From: Enterococcus phage VRE9_4
Sequence record: PP680570.1
Strand: one strand, 5' to 3'
DNA: 64,000 nucleotides
The position numbers and the translations under genes were made by a program. The notes under the pieces are model-generated. The model did no database searches. It saw nothing but the letters and a program-made list of their open reading frames with translations, and was not told where the DNA came from. Below, piece after piece: positions 19,288-29,226 of this stretch (its first letter is position 1; each line of letters opens with the position of its first letter).

Positions 19288-21159
19288 TTATTCTTTTACT
19301 TCGTCAGTTAATAAGAAATCAATAAATTCTTTATTAATAGGATTGTCTCCAGTCAAACGAAATTCAAAGGAACTATCTTCAAGAGGCTCCCATGAAAAAC
19401 CTAAAGAATCTAAAATAATTTTAGTTTTTAATTGAAATTCTTCTTCCCGATTTTCACATTTGAAAATATAATCCTTTAAAATTTTAAAGCAATCTTTTTT
19501 AGATGCACCTAATTCTTGATACTGTCTGAAAGTTTCATTCATTTTCCAAGCTTCATCAAGAATGTTTGGCAATTCCTGAGAAAAGATTTCTTTCCATTCA
19601 TCAGAATTAATATCTTCTTCATCCTCATGATATTTTCCATCAACTCTCCAAATAAAGCAGTCATGGATACAAGCAGTTGCTCCATCTGACAATTCTACAA
19701 CATCTTCTTGAAGAATATAACTATCAAGAGTTTCACACCATGCAGCATCAGAATTCAAGATATATTCCTCTAAATAATCTGAGTAAGTAGCATCTTTTGC
19801 ATAAACCCAAGAGTCTTCTTTAGATCCAATGGCATGAACAGCTTCTTCACTCCAAATATTTTGTCCTTCTTTAGTAGACCAAACGGTTTCTTCTCCACAA
19901 TATTCGCAAACATAGACGATATCTCCAAAAATATCTAATACTCGAATACCATAATCTTCATCAAAACGTTCTTCACAACATGGACAGATTGATCTTGAAC
20001 CATAGTAGCATTCTTCACAAAGACCTGAGGAACTTGCAGGATCATCTTTAGAGCCACATTCGAGACAAACAAAAGTACTTTGTGCATTAATTGGGATAGT
20101 TTTACCTTCTTCAGCTTGGAAAATAACCGGAGATCGTAAACCTCGAATTGCATCATTCCAGTTGAAAGCATCTACATAACCATATTCATTACAATCTGAA
20201 CCATTTCTCCAACGAAAACGAGTTAAATTTTCTTCAATTTGGTTAATTTTCGCATTACCTTCCCAACCTAATAAAGATAAAGTTGCATTACTAATCATAT
20301 TTTGCAACCCATTATTCAAACGAGGATATCCTTTTTGAGATAAAAGAACTGGAACAGTTTCTTCTTCATAGTCAACTTCAGAAACGAACATCATTTGACG
20401 CCATACTTTTGGAGCTAAATAACCAAATTCTTCTAAATCTTTTTCCATTACAGTAAAACCAACAAAAGCGTCTGGTCCAACCATATAACCTAGTGTACCA
20501 TTGTTGTATTCACCTTCGTCAGGATGCATACATGAACGCCAACTATTACCATAACTAATTAAGAATAAATCTTCTGGTCTGATAGATAGAACAATTTTTC
20601 GTCCATCAAAATTTGCTCCCGAAGCAAAACTAGCCATCTCCCCACCAATAATTTTATTTTTAATATCAGAAACAGCTTCTTTTACTCCTTTAACTGAAGA
20701 AATGTTCTGAGCAGTTAATACCGACATATCAACTAAAGAGTTTAAAACTTTAGTTAAACGTTGTCCATGGAAAGGTAACATTTTAAATTCATCTTTCATA
20801 ATTACCTTTTTATTTTCAACTCTAATTTTGTCTAAAGTATTACAAACCGATGTTTTAAAAACGTCAATGAAATTATAAGAAATATTCAAACCACGTAAAT
20901 CAGAATATAATTCATCTTCTACATAATTTTTCATTTCTTCAAATGAAAATTCTTCCATAAAATCTTTGAAATCTTTAGGATCTAAAACAATTCTTCCATT
21001 TGTTCCATCAAAGATTTTTTGTAGATAAGAGTTTTTCATTTCCATTCCTTTTGCGTAATAATCTAAATATTGTGAGTCAGATAATGAACCCCACTCATAA
21101 AATTCATTAAAGATTTCTTTTAAATTTGCTTTAACCTCTTCAACGTTATAATTTAGCAT
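19288..21159 (-). CDS. paralog family A member 3 (623 aa) with multiple C-terminal zinc ribbons
   Basis: Core SIRPEDLFLISYGNSWRSCMHP...PKVWRQMMFVSEVD...YP. Cys clusters CLECG...CEEC...CPCCEE...CEYCGEE. Confidence 0.65.
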   Translation of the reverse strand: MLNYNVEEVKANLKEIFNEFYEWGSLSDSQYLDYYAKGMEMKNSYLQKIFDGTNGRIVLDPKDFKDFMEEFSFEEMKNYVEDELYSDLRGLNISYNFIDVFKTSVCNTLDKIRVENKKVIMKDEFKMLPFHGQRLTKVLNSLVDMSVLTAQNISSVKGVKEAVSDIKNKIIGGEMASFASGANFDGRKIVLSIRPEDLFLISYGNSWRSCMHPDEGEYNNGTLGYMVGPDAFVGFTVMEKDLEEFGYLAPKVWRQMMFVSEVDYEEETVPVLLSQKGYPRLNNGLQNMISNATLSLLGWEGNAKINQIEENLTRFRWRNGSDCNEYGYVDAFNWNDAIRGLRSPVIFQAEEGKTIPINAQSTFVCLECGSKDDPASSSGLCEECYYGSRSICPCCEERFDEDYGIRVLDIFGDIVYVCEYCGEETVWSTKEGQNIWSEEAVHAIGSKEDSWVYAKDATYSDYLEEYILNSDAAWCETLDSYILQEDVVELSDGATACIHDCFIWRVDGKYHEDEEDINSDEWKEIFSQELPNILDEAWKMNETFRQYQELGASKKDCFKILKDYIFKCENREEEFQLKTKIILDSLGFSWEPLEDSSFEFRLTGDNPINKEFIDFLLTDEVKE

Positions 21160-21461
21160 AAATGAAAAACTCCCTTTCTTTAACTTATATAAATATTATA
21201 TCATTTTAAAAATTACTTTTCAAATAATGTTTTTAAAATCTAAACTTTATTTGAAGTTTCGTTTCTAAAACTTGATTACAAAACTATTATATAATTTTAA
21301 AAAAAGTTTTTCAACCAAGAGCAACGAAAGGTTTAGCCTCTAGTCAAAAACATATTTGATTTTTTTTGTTTAATATATATTTTTATAAATATTTTTTTAT
21401 TTAAAAAGGAAGTTTTTTGTTCATGTATTACAAATCCGCTCCCCATTATCGCTCTCTTGGG

Positions 21462-21490
21462 TTGACTTTATTATATTTAATATATATAAT
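21462..21490 (+). promoter_or_regulatory. sigma-A-type promoter (TTGACT-17-TATAAT)
   Basis: Exact -35/-10 hexamers with 17-bp spacer. CGCTCTCTTGGG motif immediately upstream (21450-21461). Confidence 0.6.
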
Positions 21491-21518
21491 TAATATAGAG
21501 TTTTGAGTAATCTTAAGA

Positions 21519-21547
21519 GTAAAAATTCTTGACTTTTTGATTATTAT
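21519..21547 (+). promoter_or_regulatory. sigma-A-type promoter (TTGACT-17-TATAAT) with conserved leader
   Basis: Second tandem promoter followed by TAATTATAAAG...AAGGAG leader upstream of ORF 21608. Confidence 0.6.
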
Positions 21548-21607
21548 ATGTTATAATTAATTATAAAGATAAATAAAGAACTAAAATTTGAAGGAGTGTA
21601 TTTTTAA

Positions 21608-21976
21608 ATGAAAGAAGAAATTATTAAAAAATTTATGAACGCCTTAAACATTTCAAGAGAAGCAGCTTTGGAGTTATACGACTATGATGAACGAGTAGAA
21701 AAAAGTAATAAGCCTGTAGAAGGAGAAATTATAGTTAAAAAGACTCCTAAAACTTCAAAGAAAAAAGGTATTCAAAAAGAAGAATTAGATGCAATGAAAG
21801 ATTTGTTGTCTAAAATGTTCCCTAATGGAGAAGAGTTTAAAAATAATCAATTATCTCCATTATGCGAAGAATTAAATTTAACCAACAGACAAACTCCTTC
21901 AAGATTAAAAGCATTAAAAGAAGAAGGTTTCTTAGAAGACTTAGGTGGTTCACCTAAAAAATATAAGATTAAATAA
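21608..21976 (+). CDS. small DNA-binding-like protein (paralog of 56639..57046)
   Basis: C-terminal LTNRQTPSRLKALKEEGFLEDLGGSPKKYKIK is nearly identical to the C-terminus of the 56639 gene. Confidence 0.55.
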   Translation: MKEEIIKKFMNALNISREAALELYDYDERVEKSNKPVEGEIIVKKTPKTSKKKGIQKEELDAMKDLLSKMFPNGEEFKNNQLSPLCEELNLTNRQTPSRLKALKEEGFLEDLGGSPKKYKIK

Positions 21977-22060
21977 GACAGAATGTCTTGGTTTTTTCAG
22001 AGAAACTTTCTTATATTGAGTTTTAAATAAACTACCGATATAGGAGAGGATGAAAGTTTT

Positions 22061-24193
22061 ATGTTAAATGTAATGAAAAAAGATGGTCATATTGAAGTTT
22101 TTGATACGAAGAAAATTCAGGAGGCAATTTTAGCTTCTGCAAGGAAAATTCTTTCTAACGAAGAAGAATATGATATGCAGCAAAAAGCTTTAATTATTGC
22201 GAATGAGGTAACTCGTTTCTTAAATTCAACTGAAGATGAAAATGCAGTTATTATGACATCTAAAATTCATAATGTTGTTCTTGAGATTCTGTCTAAGGAA
22301 TGGGAAGTTGTTGGAGCTTCTTATGGGATGTATAGAAATTATAGAAAACAAATGGCTAAAACATTTTTAAAAAGTTATGAGGAATCCGAAACTGTTCTTC
22401 ATGATGGAGATAAAGAAAATGCTAACAAAGACAGTGATTTGAATAGTACAAAACAAGCCTTAATTGCAAACAATAATATGCGTGGTTATATGGAAACATT
22501 TGAAATGGATAAAGATTGGATTGAAGCTCATAAACAAGGTTGGATACACATCCATGACTTGGCAGAGCGTTATTTACGCCAGCAAAATTGTTGTTTGTTT
22601 AACATGGCAGGTTTATTAGATGGTGGTTTTCAATTAAATGGAACAGTTTATGCAGAACCTAAACATTTTGATTCTGCTATTAATGTAGTAGGAGATGTTA
22701 CTTTATTTGCTTCTGCACAGCAATATGGTGGTTTTACTATTCCTGAGATAGATACTGTTTTAGCTAAATATGCTGAAAAAAGTTATCAATCGAACTTAAA
22801 ATTTATTTTAGATAAATTTGGGAGTATTACCAATGAAAATATTATGGAAACGCTAGAACAAACAGCTTATGACATGACTGTTAGAGAGCTAGAACAAGGA
22901 TTCCAAGGCTTTGAAACAAAATTAAATACAATTAGTAATTCTTTAGGACAAATCCCTTTTGTAACAATTACTTTTGGCTTGGATACGACCCAATGGGGGA
23001 GAGAAATTTCTAAAGCTATTTTGAATGTACGAATTAAAGGAATTGGAGAAAATAAATCAACAGCCGTATTTCCTAAATTATCTTTTTTACATAGAGAGGA
23101 AATTAATGGAAGTCCAGAATCTCCTAACTATGACATTAAACAATTAGGAATTCAATGTTCTCGATTAAGACTATACCCTGATTGGTTATCACTAGATAGT
23201 GGAAACCTTGCAGAAGTATATGAAAGATCTAATCAAGTTGTATCTGGGATGGGTTGTAGGGCATATTTAAGTCCATTCTGGGATGAACAAGGAAACGAAA
23301 TTTATACTGGACGATCTAATATTGGAGCTGTTACGTTGAACCTTCCTAAAATTGGCTTAGAGTCAAAAGGAGATTGGAATAAATTTTTTGATCTAATAGA
23401 TAAATATTCTGATATTGTTTTTGCTATTCATGAAGATTACTATACTAAAATTAGTAAAACAAAAGGCTCTTCTAATCCTCTATATTTTTGTGAAGGTGGA
23501 GCTTGGACAAAAGTAGGCTATGATGAAGAAGTTGGAAAAATATATGAAGCTTCAACTGCTTCATTAGGATATATTGGAATTTATGAAACATTAAAAGCAA
23601 TGGATGTTCCAAAAGAGGAATATCTTAAATACGGAACTAAAATTGTTGCATATTTGAAAAAATTAACAGAAAAAGCTACAATTAATTATAATCATTTATA
23701 TGCACTTTATTCAACCCCAGCAGAAAGTTTGTGCTATAGATTCCAGAAAATTAATCGTAAAGACTATGGGGTAATTGAAGATGTAACTGATAGAGAATAC
23801 ATTACAAATTCTTTCCATGTTCCTGTATGGGAAGATGTTAGCGTTCCTGAAAAAATTGCTTTTGAAGCACCTTTCCATAAACTTGCAACAGGTGGGCGAA
23901 TTTCTTATAATGAATTTGTTTATGGAGTAGATAATTCTGTACTAGAACAAGCAATTAATTTTGCTATGGAAAAAGGAATGTATTATGGAGTTAACGTTGT
24001 TGCAGGAACTTGTAATCAATGTGGCTATAGTGGAGATTTTCATGATAACTGTCCTAAATGTGGAACTCATGATATTACCGTAGTAACGAGAGTTTGCGGC
24101 TATCTTTCCTTTGATCAGATTCATGGTGACTCACGTTATAATCCTGGTAAACAAAAAGAAGTTAAAGAAAGAGTTAAACATAATTTCAAATAA
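22061..24193 (+). CDS. nrdD: anaerobic ribonucleoside-triphosphate reductase (class III)
   Basis: 710 aa with C-terminal zinc ribbon CNQCGYSGDFHDNCPKCG and glycyl-radical motif RVCGYLS. Confidence 0.9.
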   Translation: MLNVMKKDGHIEVFDTKKIQEAILASARKILSNEEEYDMQQKALIIANEVTRFLNSTEDENAVIMTSKIHNVVLEILSKEWEVVGASYGMYRNYRKQMAKTFLKSYEESETVLHDGDKENANKDSDLNSTKQALIANNNMRGYMETFEMDKDWIEAHKQGWIHIHDLAERYLRQQNCCLFNMAGLLDGGFQLNGTVYAEPKHFDSAINVVGDVTLFASAQQYGGFTIPEIDTVLAKYAEKSYQSNLKFILDKFGSITNENIMETLEQTAYDMTVRELEQGFQGFETKLNTISNSLGQIPFVTITFGLDTTQWGREISKAILNVRIKGIGENKSTAVFPKLSFLHREEINGSPESPNYDIKQLGIQCSRLRLYPDWLSLDSGNLAEVYERSNQVVSGMGCRAYLSPFWDEQGNEIYTGRSNIGAVTLNLPKIGLESKGDWNKFFDLIDKYSDIVFAIHEDYYTKISKTKGSSNPLYFCEGGAWTKVGYDEEVGKIYEASTASLGYIGIYETLKAMDVPKEEYLKYGTKIVAYLKKLTEKATINYNHLYALYSTPAESLCYRFQKINRKDYGVIEDVTDREYITNSFHVPVWEDVSVPEKIAFEAPFHKLATGGRISYNEFVYGVDNSVLEQAINFAMEKGMYYGVNVVAGTCNQCGYSGDFHDNCPKCGTHDITVVTRVCGYLSFDQIHGDSRYNPGKQKEVKERVKHNFK

Positions 24194-24205
24194 AAGGAGA
24201 AATGT

Positions 24206-24499
24206 ATGAAAGAAAAGGAACAAGAGGTTATTGAAAAGTTATATGCTTATGTATCAGAAATGGATATTGTTTTAGCAGAAAAGAAACTACAAACAATTTC
24301 TTTAATACTTTTTATTCTTATAGGAGGATATTGTTTAATCTTTTCTTGCCCTGTATTTATTAATATTGTTTCTTTATCTGGCTTAGCTTATTTTGCTTTT
24401 ACTTTATTTGCAAATTTAATGCTTGAACGACTTTTGGATAAAGAAATTTCAAAAAATGAAGTTTTATTAGAACAAATTCTTAAAAATAAAGAAAAATAA
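24206..24499 (+). CDS. membrane protein (97 aa)
   Basis: Two hydrophobic helices. RBS AAGGAGA. Confidence 0.5.
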   Translation: MKEKEQEVIEKLYAYVSEMDIVLAEKKLQTISLILFILIGGYCLIFSCPVFINIVSLSGLAYFAFTLFANLMLERLLDKEISKNEVLLEQILKNKEK

Positions 24500-24520
24500 A
24501 AAGGAAGGAAGTTTTTTAAA

Positions 24521-24688
24521 ATGATGTTTATTGCAGTTTTTTGTGGGATTTGCGTCCTATTATTAATTGGTTCTGGAATGAAAGCAAATATAGGAAGAGA
24601 TACTACGAGATTAGAGAATATGGCTTACTTAATGTTTGCCATATTCTTAATTTTGTTTATCCTAATTTTAATTGGGGGAGCATAATAT
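24521..24688 (+). CDS. small membrane protein (55 aa)
   Basis: RBS AAGGAAGGAAG followed by ATGATG. Two transmembrane segments. Below the ORF-track size cutoff. Confidence 0.35.
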
Positions 24689-25208
24689 GGCTTATTTACA
24701 CAATATAAAAAAATATGATATGGAAAACAGTGGTTTAAAAGGAGCCTCGGTTTCTTTATGGTTTAACCATTGTCCACATCATTGCCCAGGATGCTGGAAT
24801 TCAGAAACTTGGAAAAGAAATGAAAACTTATATGAGGACAACCAAGAGGTAATAGAAGAGGTGCTCGATGGTCTTGATGGCGGACCGATGAGATTAAATA
24901 CTCTTGCTCTTTTGGGAGGAGACCCTCTTAGCCCTAAAAATATAAAAGATACATTAGAGATTTTATCAGCAGTTAAAGCAAAAAGACCAGAGACAGAAGT
25001 TATTTGTTGGACTGGTTTTACTTGGGAACAGGTAACTAAAAGTAAGCTACTTAAACCAGTATTAGAATATTTAGACGTATTGATTGATGGTCGTTTTATG
25101 ATAGACCGTAGAATCGAAGGCAAAAAATATGGCTCTGACAATCAAAGATGTATTGATGTGAAAAAATCTCTTCAATGTGATAAAATATATTTAATGGAGG
25201 GATTTTAA
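24687..25208 (+). CDS. nrdG: anaerobic RNR activating protein (radical SAM)
   Basis: CPHHCPGC (CxxxCxxC) near the N-terminus. Start moved to ATG 24687 with GGGGGAG RBS. Confidence 0.8.
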   Translation: MAYLHNIKKYDMENSGLKGASVSLWFNHCPHHCPGCWNSETWKRNENLYEDNQEVIEEVLDGLDGGPMRLNTLALLGGDPLSPKNIKDTLEILSAVKAKRPETEVICWTGFTWEQVTKSKLLKPVLEYLDVLIDGRFMIDRRIEGKKYGSDNQRCIDVKKSLQCDKIYLMEGF

Positions 25209-25516
25209 TGTTTAATTTTAATAAAAAAACAGAAAAAAGCTCTGTAAAAAAATATCGTAAAAAACCTGTTGAGGTAGAGGTATGGCTTTTTAACAGAGAA
25301 AATTTAGAAACAGCAGAAAGTTGGGTACGTAAGTATTCAGATAAAATGGCTTTATTTTCTCAATATGGTGGGGAAAAAATTTGGATAGAAATAAAAACTT
25401 TAGAAGGTGTAATGAAAGCTTCTGAAGGAGATTATATTATAAAAGGGGTTAATGGGGAATTATATCCTTGTAAACCAGATATTTTTATTAAAACTTATGA
25501 AGAGGTGACAAATTAA
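25208..25516 (+). CDS. hypothetical protein (102 aa)
   Basis: ORF with ATGA overlap with nrdG. Confidence 0.5.
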   Translation: MFNFNKKTEKSSVKKYRKKPVEVEVWLFNRENLETAESWVRKYSDKMALFSQYGGEKIWIEIKTLEGVMKASEGDYIIKGVNGELYPCKPDIFIKTYEEVTN

Positions 25517-26439
25517 TGTATGAAACAATAGTTATAGGTGGCGGACCAGGAGCGATGTCTGCCATTCTTTATTTATCTCGGCTTGGTTTAAAAACTGCGT
25601 GGATCTATGGTTATGGTTTTGGAGGACAAATTCAAAATACAGAAGTTGTAGATAATTATCTGGGGAAGGGGAAAATTTATGCCCCAATCTTAGTAAAAGA
25701 TATGTACTCTCATGTAGAAGACTTAGAACATATTACACAAATTTTTGGTATGGCTGAAGATGTTAATAAAATTGATGATTCAACCTTTGTAGTTACTACT
25801 GATATGGGAGAAAAAATTAGTGGTAATACTGTATTGGTTGCAACTGGAGCTTCTCCTAGAAAACTTGGAGTTAAAGGAGAAGAAGATTTTGCTGGTTTTG
25901 GCGTCTCTTATTGTGCTATTTGTGATGCTCCTTTGTTTAAAGATAAAGAAGTAGCAATTGTTGGTGGTGGACAAACTGCTTTAGAAGACGCACAAATCCT
26001 ATCTCGTCATGCAAAAAATGTATATTTAATTCATAGACGACAAGAATTTAGAGCAACAAATGCTGAAGTAAAACAAGCAAAAAATACTCCAAATATCCAT
26101 TTTCTCTTGGATACACAAGTTACTTCCATTATGGGAAAAGACGATGTTGATTTTATTGTTATTAATGAAAAGGGAATTGGTCATAGAACTTTATCAGTGG
26201 ATGGTATTTTTATAGCTATAGGACAAGTTCCTCAAACTGATTTTTTAACTGAAAACTTTGATTATATTTTACGAGATGGTTATGTAGAAACGATGAGGAA
26301 TAATAAGGTAGAAGATTTAGGCATTTTTGCCATTGGGGATGTAGTTTATGGGAATAATAAACAAATTGCTATTGCTGTAGGAGAAGGTGCAAATGCCGCA
26401 ATAGAAATTAATAAATATTTATCAGACCCTAATTTTTGA
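25516..26439 (+). CDS. trxB: thioredoxin reductase
   Basis: FAD motif GGGPGAMSA, redox-active CAICD, NAD(P) motif GGGQTALEDA. 307 aa. Confidence 0.8.
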   Translation: MYETIVIGGGPGAMSAILYLSRLGLKTAWIYGYGFGGQIQNTEVVDNYLGKGKIYAPILVKDMYSHVEDLEHITQIFGMAEDVNKIDDSTFVVTTDMGEKISGNTVLVATGASPRKLGVKGEEDFAGFGVSYCAICDAPLFKDKEVAIVGGGQTALEDAQILSRHAKNVYLIHRRQEFRATNAEVKQAKNTPNIHFLLDTQVTSIMGKDDVDFIVINEKGIGHRTLSVDGIFIAIGQVPQTDFLTENFDYILRDGYVETMRNNKVEDLGIFAIGDVVYGNNKQIAIAVGEGANAAIEINKYLSDPNF

Positions 26440-26494
26440 TTTTTTATGTATAAAATGTTAATATAAATATATAATAAAATAGGAGGACAAAATT

Positions 26495-27307
26495 ATGACT
26501 GTATATGCTATGTCAGATATCCATGGAAATTTTCAAGCCTTAGAAAAAGCTTTAGATTTCTTATTTAATAAAACAAAAATTTCTATTGGTGAGGATAAAC
26601 TTATTTTTCTTGGAGATTATGTTGATCGTTCTCCTGATGGATATTCTGTTTTAAAAACTATTTATGACTTACAGCAAAAATATGGAAAAGAAAACATTAT
26701 TGTTTTAATGGGGAATCATGATGAAATGTTTTTGGAGTGGTTAAAAGAGCCCTCTAATACTCTTCATTTAATTAATGATAAGCAATTAACGACTGTCAAA
26801 AGTTTTATAAAGCCTCTTAATAAGGGGTGGAACTTAATTTTTGATGGAGTAAATGCCATTTATGACATAAGTGATCCTAATAATCAAATTAAAGTTACAC
26901 AAGAAGTTATTGATACAATTAAAACAGAATATAAAGAATTATTAGATTGGTATCAAAACTTAGATTATTTTTATGAATATGGAAATGCCTTGTTTGTTCA
27001 TGCGGGTTTTGAAGAAGTGCCAAGTGGGCTCTGGACAGATTCCTCCAAAGACGAAATGACTTGGAAATACCCAGCTTCTCTTGGTTATACTCCGTGGAAT
27101 AGAGAAATTGTAGCAGGTCATATAATGACAAGAGAATTGCATCCAGAAGGAGTTCCCCAAGAGAAGAAAGATTCAATTTATAGAGATAAGGATCATATTT
27201 TTATTGACGGGGCTGCGCCGATTACAAATCATATTAATATTTTGGCTTATGATGAAAATGGTTATTTATACTATGATGCTGAGACAGGAGAAATTTTACC
27301 AGAATAA
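26495..27307 (+). CDS. calcineurin-like metallophosphoesterase (PrpA/ApaH-type phosphatase)
   Basis: Motifs DIHGN, GDYVDR, GNHD in canonical order. Confidence 0.7.
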   Translation: MTVYAMSDIHGNFQALEKALDFLFNKTKISIGEDKLIFLGDYVDRSPDGYSVLKTIYDLQQKYGKENIIVLMGNHDEMFLEWLKEPSNTLHLINDKQLTTVKSFIKPLNKGWNLIFDGVNAIYDISDPNNQIKVTQEVIDTIKTEYKELLDWYQNLDYFYEYGNALFVHAGFEEVPSGLWTDSSKDEMTWKYPASLGYTPWNREIVAGHIMTRELHPEGVPQEKKDSIYRDKDHIFIDGAAPITNHINILAYDENGYLYYDAETGEILPE

Positions 27308-27385
27308 CCTAACCTTTTTATTGTCATTATTAATTTTCCCTTTTTATTATCTTTAGCAGAGATAAATAAGGAGAGGAGAATTAAT

Positions 27386-27616
27386 ATGAGAATCAATGCA
27401 GATAAAATAAGAGAATATAGAGAAGAACATGGAATTAGCATCGATGAGATGGCTGAAATTCTTAATATAGATGGAGAAGCACTTTATGAATACGAAAGTG
27501 GAGTTCCATGGTTTGAAGAAGATGCCTTAACTATTTTTACGATTAATAATATTTGTGATAATTTAGATTTTATTGCTATAGATGTTGATGAATTATTTGA
27601 AGAATATAATATTTAA
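27386..27616 (+). CDS. small HTH (XRE-like) protein
   Basis: Helix-turn-helix segment EHGISIDEMAEILNIDGEALYEYESG. Confidence 0.45.
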   Translation: MRINADKIREYREEHGISIDEMAEILNIDGEALYEYESGVPWFEEDALTIFTINNICDNLDFIAIDVDELFEEYNI

Positions 27617-27812
27617 TTTTATAAAATTCAACTATTGGATTTCCTTTAGTTGAATTTTTTTATTTAAAATTATATAATATATATATAAGTTAATTAAGGA
27701 AGGAAGTTGTTTAATGAAAGAAGAAATTTTGAACATCCTATTAGTTGATTTAAAAGAAGATTTAGATAGAGAATTAATTGTAGCAGTAGACTTACTTTAG
27801 GAGGCGAAAAGT

Positions 27813-28259
27813 ATAAAAAAGACTATTAAGATTCATGTAGATGGAAGTTACAAACAGAAAGTTAATCCTAATGTAGCTGGTTGGGGCTTCTGCGTTGAAG
27901 CAGAAGAGCAAGAAGTTTTGTATACTGCTTCTGGTATCGTAAGCAATCCAGTCTCTAGACAGATTGACGGAGAAATTCAAGCCGCTAAGGAAGCTATTAA
28001 TTGGTGCCTTGAAAATATTATAGATAAAGTAAATACAAAAATTGAAATATATCACGATTATGAAGGCTTAGGAAAATGGGCTGATAATCTTTGGAAGACA
28101 AATAAACCCTTAACTACAGAATATAAACTTTTTGTTTCTAATGCTCGATTCTCAGGACTTAAGGTTTATTTCATATGGGAAAAAGGTCATAATAATAATT
28201 TTTTTAATGAAATTGCAGATGAATTAGCAACTTCTGCCGTTGAAAATTCTGTTGGTTGA
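27813..28259 (+). CDS. RNase H-like protein (start codon uncertain)
   Basis: In-frame N-terminal sequence KTIKIHVDGSYKQKVNPNVAGWGFCV, typical of RNase H. AGGAGG RBS at 27799-27804, followed 8 nt later by ATA rather than ATG. The track ORF starts at TTG 27918. Confidence 0.55.
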   Translation: MKKTIKIHVDGSYKQKVNPNVAGWGFCVEAEEQEVLYTASGIVSNPVSRQIDGEIQAAKEAINWCLENIIDKVNTKIEIYHDYEGLGKWADNLWKTNKPLTTEYKLFVSNARFSGLKVYFIWEKGHNNNFFNEIADELATSAVENSVG

Positions 28260-28291
28260 AATATCCAATATAAAAAATAGGAGGTTTTAAA

Positions 28292-29017
28292 ATGAATAAA
28301 GATTTATTAGTAAAAGGTGTAAAAAGTACAGTAAAAACAGTAGAAACAAAATTAAATAGAAAAGTTCATTCTGTATATTTGACAGGTAGTGTTCTTTATG
28401 GGGTTTCTACTCCCGAAAGTGATTTTGATTTTAAGGTCTATGTATACCCCACTTTTTCAGATTTATGCTTTAACGAAAAGCTCTCTAAAGAGGTGGCTGT
28501 CAATGAAAACAATGTAGAACATGTCTCTGTAAGAGATGTTCGATTCCAGTATGATGAGCTCAATAAATTGTCCCTCAATAGTGCCCACTTACTTCATCCT
28601 CCTCTTTTGGGGAAAAGATTATTTACAAAAGAACAATTAACACAAGTTTTAGAAGAGAGAAAAGATAATTTTCTTTTTAGTCTTGCTGGTGTCTCTTTAT
28701 CAGAGTCTAAAAATGAAGATTCAGGGAAAAAACTTTCAAGAATGTTATTGTTAGAAAATATGTTTACTACTGTTTTAGAGGATAAATTTACTCTAAATTA
28801 TTTCTTTGATAAAGATTCCTATAAAGAAGTATTGGTTAGAGAAAATCTTCATAGATATACAGACTTTGCTAAATTGACTCCTGAAGAATTGATGTTGACA
28901 GCCAAAGACTTTAAAAAACAATATAAGGTTGACTATAAAAAATTGGAGAATGTTTTAAAAAATCAATTATTAGAAACAGTAAAAACATTTTACAATGTAG
29001 GAAAGGAAGTATATTAA
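28292..29017 (+). CDS. minimal nucleotidyltransferase (Pol-beta superfamily) protein
   Basis: LTGSVLYGVSTPESDFDF matches the hG[GS]-x(9-13)-DhD[hE] nucleotidyltransferase signature. Confidence 0.55.
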   Translation: MNKDLLVKGVKSTVKTVETKLNRKVHSVYLTGSVLYGVSTPESDFDFKVYVYPTFSDLCFNEKLSKEVAVNENNVEHVSVRDVRFQYDELNKLSLNSAHLLHPPLLGKRLFTKEQLTQVLEERKDNFLFSLAGVSLSESKNEDSGKKLSRMLLLENMFTTVLEDKFTLNYFFDKDSYKEVLVRENLHRYTDFAKLTPEELMLTAKDFKKQYKVDYKKLENVLKNQLLETVKTFYNVGKEVY

Positions 29018-29214
29018 TGTTTAACATATTAATTACAAAAGATATGGTAATGAATGGAATTACAATCAAAAATGTTCCTGTTAAACAATTAGAAGGTAAG
29101 GATGCTCCTGGAATTACAAAAGGGGTTGCTAGTAAAATTCAAGATTTGGTTTGGAAAGCTAATGCTCTTAAAATTGATGTAATAGATTTTAGCTATAATT
29201 TAGGAAAAGAATAG
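29017..29214 (+). CDS. hypothetical protein (65 aa)
   Basis: ATGA overlap with the upstream gene. Confidence 0.45.
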   Translation: MFNILITKDMVMNGITIKNVPVKQLEGKDAPGITKGVASKIQDLVWKANALKIDVIDFSYNLGKE

Positions 29215-29226
29215 GAGAGTTTTTTT

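Noticed and set aside
23942-27176. Minus-strand ORFs inside nrdD, nrdG, trxB and the phosphatase gene (23942..24124, 24779..25141, 25780..25974, 26919..27176, 26960..27160)
   Set aside because: Antisense to well-supported conserved genes. No promoters or RBS. Typical spurious ORFs in AT-rich DNA.
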